NCBI GenBank assembly: GCA_020137815.1
Contig: CM035358.1
Location: 5,518,001 to 5,582,000 of the forward strand
Length of the DNA stretch: 64,000 bases
Direction: 5' to 3'
DNA from: Hormiphora californensis
Lineage: Eukaryota; Animalia; Ctenophora
In this document: positions 41,501 to 64,000 of the stretch, piece by piece
Numbering within the stretch: position 1 is the stretch's first letter
Layout: every line of letters begins with the position of its first letter
Program-made: the position numbers and the translations under genes
The notes under the pieces: generated by a model
Database searches by the model: none
What the model was told of the DNA's origin: nothing
The model's input: the letters and a program-made list of their open reading frames with translations, nothing else

Positions 41501-42597
41501 AACATCTTAGATTCTGTGCGGTGAAAACAGCATACACTCTGATGGCCACTGGGCAGTGGGAAGGCCCAGTAAAATCAGACCTGAAAAACCCCAAGAAGTT
41601 CACATCCCACGCCAACACTGTGAACAAAACACTAAGAACCTTACCGTCTGAGTGGACACACGATCTAACCACCCCTGTGCTTTCCCTAGACAGGGATTTC
41701 CTAACGGAGATCCCGGACAGGGGGAGTTACAAGGAGATGGAAAGTGAGTTTACCACTGTTATATACACGGATGGATCTAAAATAAACGACAATGCGGGAG
41801 CTGGACTCACCATCTGGAAAGATGGAGAAGAAACAACCCAAAAGTCATTTAACCTAGGCCCGCACATATCAGTGCCAGCCTCAGAAATGTTTGCCATACA
41901 ACAAGCAACACAAACCCTGCTGGACAGTGGAACTGCAAATGAGCGGGTCCTAATAAACTGCGACAGCCAGGGTACCATAAAAAGCCTAGACACCACCACG
42001 TCCAGGTCAAAAACCACTCTGAAAACAATATCAAACCTCAACACCCTATCAATTTGGAACAACGTCACAGTAAGATGGATCCCAGCCCACCAAGGGCATC
42101 ACGGGAACGAACTTGCTGACGCTCTGGCCAAAAAAGGTGCTCAAAATACTTCAGAAGAAACCCTAATCCCAATCCCCAAAGCTGCAGCATACGCAGCCCT
42201 AAGGAACAAGATTAAAACCGGTAACAGGAAAATATCAAACCACATGGATATGATATGGGCTGACCGATTTGGGAAATCTCTGAAAAACATGACTAGAAGT
42301 AATCTAAGAGCTGCCACGCACCTTCTCACGGGACATGGCAATCTAAACTACCATATGAAAAAACTGAAAAAAGTCAAAACCACAACCTGCAACCTGTGTG
42401 GGATGGAGGACGAAACTGTCAAACACGTACTCACAGAATGCCCACTACTGTGGAAACTTCGACAAGAAGTATTCGATAAACTGTGCGTGACTTTGGACGA
42501 CATAAGACACCACCTGCCCTTCCAAAAAACCGTCACGTTTTACCGAAGGGCGGAGAAACTACTACACCCCGAGGACCCTCACCCGTCCTCTAGGTAG
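38508..42597 (+). pseudogene. LINE ORF2 polyprotein (AP endonuclease, reverse transcriptase, RNase H, CCHC-type finger) split by one +1 frameshift
   Basis: QINL, VQEP, SDVNAH, IDLT, SDH (APE); FLDIEGAFD, GCPQGGILSP, FADD (RT); YTDGS, DSQ, WIPAH, GNELADALAK (RNase H); LTGH, CxxC...H...C. An extra G at ~41187 breaks GLTL-D-SKLNW (ORFs 38508-41261 and 41197-42597). Confidence 0.93.
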
Positions 42598-42877
42598 AAA
42601 ACACCACGACTCCAAGAAGTACACCCCAGGAATCTAGAATTTCTGGTCGGGGTACCTCAAGGCTGGGGAACGTAACCATTGTGCTACATCCCTTCATCTC
42701 AGCCCCTCACGGGGCTGAGACAGCCTCTACGAAGAAGAAGAAGAAGAAGTACACAGATTGATCAAGATTGATCAAGATATGATCATGTGATCAAAAATCA
42801 GGCCAAATTAAACTGTATATATTGGTCTGATAAAACACTACAATATTGGTCCAATAATATCAATCCTTGCTTATAGA

Positions 42878-45800
42878 ATGTCCGACGAGTTTACTGAATA
42901 TTTGACAGAGCTCGAGACACCTAACACAGAGGGATACGATTTCTTTACCCGTAATGAGGGAACGGGATATAACTTGGAGATTTTCCGGCAATTCAACAAG
43001 GTAACGAACATTAATGTACAGGGTGTCCCATATATTCTCCGGGTCGGTTGGCAAGCTGTCACACAAAAAACGGTGATAGTTGTGTGAAAACTAACTATAA
43101 TGCTCTGTTTTTGTCTGTAAACAGATAGAAACGGTCTGTAAATTATGCAACTTCATAGCAGACTTCACGTGTTTACTAGGGTAGTAGTATGTATCAATAT
43201 CCGGAGATATCGAGGATATTATCAGACCATCCCTTTTTCATGGCCCACGCGTTAGTTTGACTATTATTCTCTCACATTTCTTTGCATCACTTTTCTTTGC
43301 ATCACTTTTCAACTCACACCTCGTCAGAGGTGCCTCTACAGGGTGTCCCACTGTCTTTGCGTGACCTATGATTTTGGGTGATGAGTGGGTTCCATTCAAA
43401 TGCTCATAACTCATCGAAAAATTGGTCAAAACGGCTCAACCAAAACCAGTGTTGTAGAGAATTGTCAGGCGAACATTTGGGTACAAAATTGATGTTCCAA
43501 GTCTTACCAACCGTCAGATATATCGTCTTAAAGTCAAAAATACGTGTTCATGAAATCCGACCGGGGTTCACGTTTTGAAAAATTCACAAATGCAAAGTTG
43601 CTCGGATCACATTGCATGCCTCATAAAAGTTGTAGGAAATTGTCTGGCGGTCATTTTGGTACCCGAGTTTTTGTCCTAGCTCAATGTTTAGAGTGTCTTA
43701 TGACTGTCAGAACTGGAATTTTCACAAAAGTGGTCTCAGGTATCGCATTACATTTTGCCCTGTTATGAAGCTCATTGCTGCTTGAATAACATCTTAGTGC
43801 ATGATAGGGTTGAGATAGACCACTTGCGTATCCTACACATTAACAGGGGCCTTGCCAAATCGTCATAACAACCCTGTCAAGTGTCTAGATGAAATTGAGA
43901 CGATATGTGCTGATTATCATGGGATTACACACGACACCGAGCCACCTAATTAGGCGTTGTGAGCCGATACCAACTAAGACTCAGCGTAGACACATCTTTA
44001 TGTTCCTACAGTCATAACGCAACTAAAACGTAGAGCTATGGATAAAATCATGGTATCAAAATGAACCTTAGATGATTCCAATGAAGCTCTTATAAATTTC
44101 AAACCATTTTACCCATTTGTTGATGACACGTGATCCCCTCAAAAATGTTGGTTGAATTTCGGGTAATATGGTAGTTCTGGGCTGAACATATTCGACCGCT
44201 TTAAAGCGCTTTAAAGCGTTCGAGAAAGCGCTTTATAGCGCTTTAAAGCGCTTTAAAGCGATACCGCTTTAAAGCGCACCGCTTTAAAGCGTTTTTAAAG
44301 CGCTAAAAGCGCTTTATAGCGGTTTCTGAAGCAATATAAAGCGCTTTCGAAAGCGCTATAAAGCGCTTTTAAAAGCGCTTTAAAGCGCCACCGATTTAAA
44401 GCGCTTTATTTTCAAAATTTAGCGCTTTAAAGCGTTTAGCAAGCGCTTTAAAAAGCGCTATGAAGCGCTATAAAGCGCTTCATCAGATCGCTTTCGAAAG
44501 CGCTTTTAAAAGCGCTATAAAGCGCTAAATAGCGCTAGAAAGCGCTTTTAAAAGCGCTATAAAGCGCTTTATAGCGCTTTTAAAAGCGCTAGAAATCGCT
44601 TTCAATAGCGCTATAAAGCGCTACAAAGCGCTTTATAGCGCTTTTTAAAGCGCTTTATATAGCATATTTGAAAGCGCTTTATAGCGCTATACAGCGCTTT
44701 TAAAAGCGCTTTTTAGCGCTTTAAAAAGCACTTTAAAGCGCTTTAAAGAGCGCTTTAAAGCGCTTTTTATAGCGCTAAAAAGCGCTTTTAAAAGCGCTTT
44801 TTAAAGCGCTAAAAAGCGCTTTTTAAAGCACTTTAAAGCGATATAAAATGTGCTACTTCAACCGCTAAAAAGCGCTATAAAGCGCTTTGAAAAGCGCTTT
44901 AAAAAGCGCTAGGAAGCGCTTTCTAGCGCTTTATAAAGCGCTTTTCAAAGCGCTTCTTAAAGAGCTTTTAGAGGCGCTATAAAGCGCTATTTAGAGCGCT
45001 TTATAGAGCTTTTTAAAGGGCTTTTAAAAGCGCTATTTAAGGCGCTTGAAAGCGCTTTTTATAGTAAAACGAGCTCATCACATGAAGCTTTCATAGTTTC
45101 CCACGGCCGTGGGAAAATTTGCACTAAAAAACTCGGCATATGTCCAAATAAGCTGTGCTCCGTTTTGTACCCTCTCTTTCACTCCCTCTCTCCTAACCCC
45201 TTCCCAAAAAGAGAGGGTGCACCGTACCCAAGGAACATGCCCGTTCAGACTCAAATATAAGTTGGCAGTGAATTCATTTCTTTGTTTTCACTTACTTCTG
45301 CCGAGTGCCGTCTGCGGTCTGCCGTTGAGTCTTGAGAGTTGAGATTCTCGACTTGCTCTCATGACTCAGCACTTGCCACTTGTATTCGTATTTGTCAATC
45401 AATTGACTTGATACCAGCTACACACACGTCTGACGTCACCATTGACTATTCAAGTCTCACAACTAACATCTTTACACTGTTTTAGCTGTAGACTGTGTCT
45501 CAACCAGCCGGAGGCACCAGCCAGATTACGGCGTAAAAATTACACCCCCTATAGAGATTCCGAAAAGCATCATGATATGGCTGTGAAACTCACAAGGCGC
45601 CCGCCACACCCGAAAACGCCGCACCTATTAAAATCCTCCGTGGTAATGGTATACCCTCTTTCTCTATCCCTCACTCGCCCCCATCCCGAACTAAACGTAG
45701 CGCACGAGAGAACATGAGACTGAGAGAGACAGCGCGGGAGGATAGAAGAAAGAGGGGATATCATACCCAACTGTGCTCCGTGGTGTACCCTCTCTTTCAC

Positions 45801-48800
45801 TCCCTCTCTCCCAAAAAGAGACTTTAGTTAACTCAAATTGGCCTTGTGGTTGCATGACTATAGACATTTGAAAAACTCGGTCTAAGTGTACTCTTTTGGT
45901 AGCGCACACCTGTACACAGGCTGCAAGGCACCCAAATTATAACGGAAACCACCCAACGGAAACGCAGTTTAATCTGAAAAGGAGTGGAAGTGATCACGAA
46001 AAAGTGGGATTTACAATAATAAATAATAATATTCAAAAACCGAATAGAATGCTTTAAAAAGCGATTTATAGCGCTTCATAAAGCGCTTTAAAGAGCTTTT
46101 TATAGCGCTTTCTAGCGCTTTATAAAGCGCTATAAAAAGCGCTTTAAGAGGCGCTTTAAAGCGCTTTTTATAGCGCTCTATAAAGCGCTTCATAAAGCGC
46201 TTTAAAGCGCTTTTTATGGCTATAGAAAGCGCCATAAAAAGCGCTTTAAAGCGCTTTATGAAGCGCTATAAATCGCTTTTTAAAGCGCTTTCTAGCGCTT
46301 TAAGAGGCGCTTTAAAGCGCTTTATAGCGCTATAAAAAGCGCTTTATAGCTTTAAAGCGCTTTATAGCGCTATAAAAAGCGCTTTATAGCGCTTTTTATA
46401 GCGCTATAAAGCGCTTTATAGCGCTTGATATAGCGCTTTTTATAGCGCTTTAAAGCGCTATAAAGCGCTATGAAGCACTATTTAAAGCGCTATAACAAGC
46501 GCTTTAAAGCGCTTTATAGTGCATTTAAAAGCGCTTTTAAAAGCGCTTTAAAGCGCTTTAAAGCGCTCTAGAAAGCGCTTTTTAAAGCGCTTTATAGCGC
46601 TTTTAAAAGCGCTTTAAAGCGCTTTAAAGCGTTTTTAGAAACGCTGTCTGAAGCGATATAAAGCGCTTTTTAAAGCGCTGTACAGCGCTTTTAAAAGCGC
46701 TATAAAGCGCTTTTTTAAGCGCTTTAAAAAGCGCTTTTTAAAGCGCTTTATAGCGCTTTTAAAAGCGCTGTAAAGCGCTTTAAAAAGTGCTTTTTCAACA
46801 CCGCTTTTAAAAGCGCTTTTTATAGCGCTTTAAAGCGATATTCACCGCTTTAAAGCGCTTAAAAGCGCTTGAAAGCGCTAAAAGCGCTTTAAAGGTTGAC
46901 AAGATACCTAAAACTTTTCGTATATCGTCTTATTTTGATTTATCATTAATTTTCAGCATTTTTTTAGAATTTTTTGTCGGCTAGAAATATGTGCAAAATA
47001 GGGGGTCTACTGACAAATGAGTGTGCCTTTTTTAAAATTGATAACGTAATATCTCCGGTTCCTGATGAGATACAGAAACCGTTTTGGTAGCATTGGAAAG
47101 GTCTTATTGAGACCAATCCAACGCAACCAAGATCAAGTCTTTATCTTTTGAGGAACCGGAAACGTGAATTTCAATTTGCGAGACGCAGTGAGTGTGCCCA
47201 GTAAAACCAGTGCTGACAATATCGGTAGACCCCCTATTTCGAATTTTTTTCTAGCCGACAAAAAATTCTGAAAAAATGCTGAAAATTAATGATAAATCAA
47301 AATAAGACGATATACGAAAAGTTTTAGGTATCTTGTCAACCTTTAAAGCGCTATAAAGCGTTTTGAAAAGCGCTTTATAGCGCTTTTAAAAGCGCTTTTA
47401 AAGCGCTTTAAAGCGCTTTATTTCTTCTCACCATCAAAAAAAGCGCTTTAAATCGGTGGCGCTTTAAAGCGCTTTTGAAAGCGCTTTAAAGCGCTTTCGG
47501 AAGCGCTTTATATCGCTACAAAAACCGCTTTAAAGCGGTGTGCTTTAAAGCGGTATCGCTTTAAAGCGCTTTATAGCGCTTTCTCAAACGCTTTAAAGCG
47601 CTTTAAAGCGGTCGAAAGTGTTCAGCCCAGAACTACCATATTACCGAATTTCGTCTTTAGACAGTCATAAGACAGTCTAAACATTGAGCTAGGACAAAAA
47701 CCCGGGTACCAAAGTGACCGCCAGACAATTTCCTACAACTCTTATGAGGCATGCAATGTGATCCGAGCAACTTTGCATATGTGAATTTTTCAAAACGTGA
47801 ACCCCGGTCGGATTTCATGAACTCGTATTTTTGACTTTAAGACGATATATCTGACGGTTGGTAAGACTTGGAACATCAATTTTGTACCCAAATGTTCGCC
47901 TGACAATTCTCTACAACACTGTTTTTGGTTGAGCCGTTTTGACCAATTTTTCGATGAGTTATGAGCATTTGAATGGAACCCACTCATCACCCAAAATCAT
48001 AGGTCACGCAAAGACAGTGGGACACCCTGTATATTCCAATTTAAAACGCGTGTCCCAGGCGACGGGACGAAGGTTTAATTGTGAACATGCCTCAGGAGAC
48101 AGGTTTATATAGATACAAGGGGTATGGAGAATTAACGACAGTTGATTTAGAGACTGCTAAGAAAGTATATTGTGACCTAGACTACAGAAAGAAATGGGAC
48201 TCCTACTGCAACGGTGATTAGATACAAAAATACAGATTATTTTCTACCGATTGAAAACTAGAATTGCTATCAATATAGTCATCAAAGAGGTTCCCCCGTC
48301 CTCACTAGCAGCTGAACCACATAACCTGAAACACAATTCTCCTTGACAGATCTGCGGGTACTAACAGAAAATGATGAGCGGCAGATAATTTATTGGAGGG
48401 TGGCATATCCCTGGCCGATGAGTCATCGTGATTATGTGTTTCTGAGGAAAACTAAACTAATTTCTGAACCTGACCGGTGGTGTATCATCGGTAAGTTGTG
48501 ATACAACTGTAATATTAATTAATTAATTAGTTGATACAACTTGTATAAGCTGTTTATAATTAATTAATTAGTTGATACAACTTGTATAAGCTGTTTATGT
48601 TCTCTGTTGTATCTAGTACTAGATCTGGTTGTTCTCTTGATCATATAATAAAGTTTTCTCAATCTACTGCTGCAGACTCATATGATTTAAATTGTCCAGG
48701 GAAAAGTGACACTAGTGAGTCGGTTGACGCTGTGAAGAGTGTGGTTAGGGTAGACCAGTATGAGCAGACCATTGCCTTTCAACGCAACGAGAGTGGAACT

Positions 48801-50211
48801 GGAACTAAAGGTGAGTGTTGTTGAGAGATGTTAGTTGCTATGGTAACCAAAGTAGTTGCTATGGAACGAGAGTGGAACTGGAACTAAAGGTGAGTGTTGT
48901 TGAGAGATGTTAGTTGCTATGGTAACCAAAGTAGTTGCTATGGAACGAGAGTGGAACTGGAACTAAAGATGAGTGTTGTTGAGAGATGTTAGTTGCTATG
49001 GTAACCAAAGTAGTTGCTATGGAACGAGAGTGGAACTGGAACTAAAGGTGAGTGTTGTTGAGAGATGTTAGTTGCTATGGTAACCAAAGTAGTTGCTATG
49101 GAACGAGAGTGGAACTGGAACTAAAGGTAAATGTTGTTGAGAGATGTTAGTTGCTATGGTAACCAAAGTAGTTGCTATGGAACGAGAGTGGAACTGGAAC
49201 TAAAGGTGAGTGTTGTTGAGAGATGTTAGTTGCTATGGTAACCAAAGTAGTTGCTATGGAACGAGAGTGGAACTGGAACTAAAGGTGAGTGTTGTTGAGA
49301 GATGTTAGTTGCTATGGTAACCAAATTAGTTGCTATGAAACGAGAGTGGAACTGGAACTAAAGGTGAGCGTAACGGTGAGGTGAACTATTGAGTGAGTGT
49401 ACTGTAATTGTTGAGAGATATTGGAGTAGCCAAATTATTTTATGCATGATTACGGCCTCCCTTGCACCTCCGGAGATCTCCTGGAGACGTCCCCGGGAGT
49501 AATCTCCGGAGGTGCAAGGGAGGCCGTTAGGATTATTAATCCTAATCATGTATAAATCCTAATTTAGGATTGTGATAGAGTATAGTGTTTCAAAATAAGA
49601 TGCGATGTAGTTGATCAATGCCTCACACATTTCAGTGTTTATGTACTACTTCGACAACCCGGGAGGATCATTACCAACCTGGGTTATTAACTGGGGAGCC
49701 AAGGTAATTGTGTTATATTTGTTATAGTCTTCAATGTAGATAATTTTACTATGTTTTATTCCCCCCCTCCATTTTCCACGCTTATCATGTTATCATTTTT
49801 TATAAGTTCCAAGCATCTAGATTTAGAGCTTGCCTAACTTGACCCTGTTTCTTTACAAATGTAGGGAGGGTTAGAACATAACCAATATAACAATTTAGAG
49901 CTAGGCAGCATATGTTACTGGCTCCTCAAGTACGCCACCTTATCTAATAACAGCTTATCTTATATTGCTACTGCAGAAATGCAATTTCAAGCATACTGTC
50001 TCCCTGTGCAATAGCAAATTATCTTCATCCAAATACCTGTGAAACATGCTGTCTGGCGGGGCCACACCCCGTACTTTCTCAATGTGTAGATCAGCTGTCG
50101 GGTCAGCCAGACAGAGAATTTGAAAGTAGTGACATTAATAACCTTCTGCAGACTGGCGTGCCTCAGTTTATGACAACATTGAAGAACGCATGTGAAAAGT
50201 ATGAACAGTGA
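42878..50211 (+). CDS. PCTP: Phosphatidylcholine transfer protein / START domain (STARD2-like), ~206 aa
   Basis: Exons 42878-43000, 48096-48213, 48350-48490, 48700-48810, 49636-49703, 50152-50211. Motifs TGLYRYK, DLDYRKKWD, YWRVAYPWPMSHRDYV, VFMYYFDNPGG, WVINW, GVPQF. Confidence 0.92.
44195..45060. repeat. AGCGCT-core palindromic satellite, ~10-11-bp period (also 46050-46892 and 47343-47610)
   Basis: Many (A/T)3-6-AGCGCT units read directly. Confidence 0.95.
46893..47342. mobile_element. 450-bp MITE with TTAA TSD (Kolobok-like) inserted in the AGCGCT array
   Basis: TTAA|AGGTTGACAAGATACC...GGTATCTTGTCAACCT|TTAA; TIRs of ~120 bp. Confidence 0.88.
48786..49368 (+). repeat. 79-bp minisatellite (7 full units + partial) spanning the PCTP exon-4 end and donor site
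   Basis: Unit aacgagagtggaactggaactaaag|gtgagtgttgttgagagatgttagttgctatggtaaccaaagtagttgctatgg. Confidence 0.95.
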
Positions 50212-50913
50212 ATTGAATATTGAAATCATCGCCTAGATGTTGGACAATGTTATTGACTGATTTTGGTTTGTTAAGTTAGCTAAAAGTATATATGGGGACA
50301 TTTCAGAACCTTTTTGTGTTTGTTTTTCAGTGATTCGTTTACAAAAAAAAAGTGTGTTTACATTTTTCACTCGGCCCACAATGACGGAAGGCGCACGGTC
50401 TGCTTTGTAATGTGTACCGCGCGCTCTATGACATCACAAGTCACGTGATCTCGGTCGATCCTGAGTTTCGCGCGCCGGCCCGCGCTTCACGCGGATGGAG
50501 TCTTGAGTTGAACTCTCTACAGGTAGCAGACTTCGCGCCTTCCGTACAATACGCATGAATCAATATCACGGAAATTCGTTGAGATAAGGAATTCAGTTAT
50601 TAAAAAAGGGAACAAGAAACACCACACTGCAGCAGCAACAATGCTATTCATCCGTCCGGCGGGTCTTCTTTGAATCTGGAAGATCTTCCTCTCCCTTCGT
50701 ACCACGCACACTGTAAATTCCAAATGATAGAATTTTGGGGGAGAAATCAGAACAAACGATGTATCTTTTTTTTGACGAAGAAGAGAGTAATATAAACAAA
50801 AAAAACTATTTATAGTAGAGTTTATCACATGTAAAACTATGTGTGTGTAAGTAGATTGAATAAATTAATCAAGTAGAATATTGTCCCTCTCTCTCTCTCT
50901 CAATATTTTGTGT

Positions 50914-62011
<11,098 letters not shown>

Positions 62012-62173
62012 GATGAGCTGATACTTCTACAGGAAATATTATCATTATTAAATCTGTTTACAATAATTTGAGATTGTCAATATTGCCCACGTACAGGAAA
62101 ATATGTTTTCGTTAAGGGTGATCTTTAGAAGCTTCCTAGTTTCTAGCCCACGGCTCTTTCTATCGTGTGGATA

Positions 62174-62832
62174 TCCTTATTATAATTTGCAAATGAACGT
62201 CGTGATGATGGTGACCTATCATCACGTGCAAATGGTGGGGGGTTGCCAAGGAGGTGCTTTGGGAGGGGTATGGGAGGTTGCACGTGCGGGTTGGTGCAGC
62301 GAGTGAGAGGGGTGCTCCTGGGTGAGGAAGAGTGTGGGGATTCGGGTCAACGGGTGCTCTACTTCAATGGGCTTTCTAGTCCTTATTATAATAAGCAAAT
62401 GCGTGGCGTGATGAGTATGGTGATGTAGTATCCACACGTGCAAATAGAGGGGGTTGCCCTGGGAGGTGGCTTGGGAGGGGTATTGGAGGGGGGATACTGC
62501 ACGTGCATGTTGTTGGTTGTTTGTTGTGTGTTTCTTGCGTGTTCCTGTGGTGTTTTGGGATCTACTACTGCCGCCCCCATGATTGCCAAAGCTTTTCTAC
62601 CTACGTACCCCATTGATTCTCTTCACACCTACAATTCTACGGATCTTTATCACCTGATTCTACATGTTATTCAGCGGGATTTCCCTTGATGTTTATCACC
62701 AGCGCTCTACCACTCTACCAACCTCCGTATTCTTTACCCCGACATGGAGAGACGAAGAGTGAGAGGGGGAGAGACACATAGACGGGTGGGGTGGGGGGGG
62801 GGGGGTTTGAGGGACTTCAATGGGCTTTCTAG
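62174..62832 (+). mobile_element. Head-to-tail pair of short Helitron-like units
   Basis: A|TCCTTATTATAAT...acttcaatgggcttTCTAG (62379) TCCTTATTATAAT...acttcaatgggcttTCTAG|T. Confidence 0.65.
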
Positions 62833-63501
62833 TACAAAATAAACTCGGGTTGACGGTGAAATTTGAGGACGAGGGTTGAGGACAACCGCAACTAAAGGAG
62901 AAATGGAATATCAAAATTGTGAGTGACAAAATTTTGATTTGAGTTGAACTCAGTTGCAGCAACTGAGTTCCTCTTGATTTTTGAAGCAGATTTGCAGTGC
63001 AACACGTTAGTCGTTAAACATCAGGTGCGAATCATCCCACTTTGTGAGAGCCGAGATTATGTTGGTACTTGGTAGTGGCCATCGCATTCGTTAATGACCC
63101 CTGTCCCCTTGGTAGAGACAGTGCTGATAAGGCAGATTTTAGAGGTTATTGGCAAACGCTGCTGGCCCCCGATAGCGCGGGATAAGGCAAACAATAAATG
63201 ACGGAATAAGGCAGCGCTTTTCAAGAGAGGTTAACCGTTTTAAAATTTAAAGTTTAAATTTTAAAGCAAATTCGAAAACGTGTTGGAAATTTGAAAAGTC
63301 TTGATTTTTAAAAACTCAAGGAAATTGAAATCTGTCAGATGAGTGCGCGTGTCAATGCCGCGTTGAAGCTTATATTTTCTGCGCCGCGCCATCCGCGCCA
63401 TCCGCGGTTAGGTCAGTCGTCTCGAAACTTTTCAAGATGGCCGTTTTTTATTTTTACAAGAATGAGAAGAGCTTCTCGTCTGCAACTCTTGTTGCCTCCT
63501 G

Positions 63502-63854
63502 ATAAGGAACCATAATAAAGTTCAAGAGCCTCCAAGAGCGCACCACAATCAAGAGAGACCAAAATCAAGAGCACACCACAATCAAGAGAGACCAAAATCA
63601 AGAGCACAACACAATCAAGAGAGACCAAATCAAGAGCGCACCCCAATCAAGAGAGACCAAATCAAGAGCGCGCCTCATCCAAGAGAGCTCCCTATCCAGA
63701 AGATACCAGATGTGGTGCGCTCTTGAATTTGGTCTCTCTTGATTGTGGTGCGCTCTTGATTTGGTCTCTCTTGATTGTGGTGTGCTCTTGATTTTGGTCT
63801 CTCTTGATTGTGGTGCGCTCTTGGAGGCTCTTGAACTTTATTATGGTTCCTTAT
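63502..63854. mobile_element. Palindromic MITE with ~33-bp internal sub-repeats
   Basis: ataaggaaccataataaagttcaagagcc/ggctcttgaactttattatggttccttat; repeated caatcaagagagaccaaaatcaagagc units. Confidence 0.8.
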
Positions 63855-64000
63855 GAGTTGACTACTTTATTCTGGTTGTACAAAAAGATCTCATTGAGTA
63901 TTTTTTTACTGTCAATTTATTTGATTTAGTACCATTATATCGTTGTCTATCTTGTTAATTTTTTTAAATGTTGCTTTAACTTCAAGTCTCTATCTCATCT

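Larger units (their letters stand above)
36872..42747 (+). mobile_element. Non-LTR retrotransposon (APE-RT-RNaseH, LOA/R1/I-group-like), near full length
   Basis: TSD AGTACACAG (36863-71 and 42748-56); (GAA)6 tail; 3' stem-loop 42697-42720; ~253-bp tandem duplication in 5' region (from 36971 and ~37224). Confidence 0.93.
44162..47645. mobile_element. Merlin-like non-autonomous element with long AAAGCGCTTT subterminal arrays
   Basis: GGTAATATGGTAGTTCTGGGCTGAACA TIRs; perfect 8-bp TSD GAATTTCG (44154-61, 47646-53); no transposase ORF seen. Confidence 0.85.
43339..48029. mobile_element. Tc1/mariner-like non-autonomous element with ~370-bp TIRs, host of nested insertions
   Basis: TA|CAGGGTGTCCCACTG...CAGTGGGACACCCTG|TA; 43339-43708 pairs with 47660-48029. 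Confidence 0.9.

Noticed and set aside
45063-46050. Transposase in the centre of the Merlin-like element
   Set aside because: Only short ORFs, with no DDE motif recognised
48786-49368. CRISPR-like regular repeat
   Set aside because: Units are contiguous and identical with no unique spacers, no cas genes, and the context is a eukaryotic intron
49977-50020. Alternative last exon of PCTP after ctactgcag
   Set aside because: Its translation lacks START C-terminal helix similarity; 50152-50211 (TGVPQFM...) fits

Overview
Eukaryotic, intron-rich animal genomic DNA, rich in (GA)n microsatellites and foldback/MITE elements. A ctenophore origin is an inference from the short CAGGAACC-terminal repeat family and the gene types. 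Five host genes were reconstructed by hand from GT-AG boundaries: (1) a Shaker-family voltage-gated K+ channel (+) with about seven candidate alternative first coding exons over 20 kb and two alternative pore/S6/C-terminal exons; (2) an SLC37-family sugar-phosphate transporter (-); (3) a PCTP/START-domain gene (+); (4) a typical 2-Cys peroxiredoxin (-); (5) an arginine kinase with an intronless CDS (+) nested in the last peroxiredoxin intron. A near-complete APE-RT-RNaseH LINE (36872-42747, one frameshift, no ORF1) carries six copies of an apparently undescribed covarying RNA structure motif in its 5' region. Many non-autonomous DNA transposons are present (TA-, TTAA- and 8-bp-TSD types, plus Helitrons), including a three-level nest with about 2 kb of ~10-bp-periodic AAAGCGCTTT arrays. 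All coordinates were read manually and no database searches were run.
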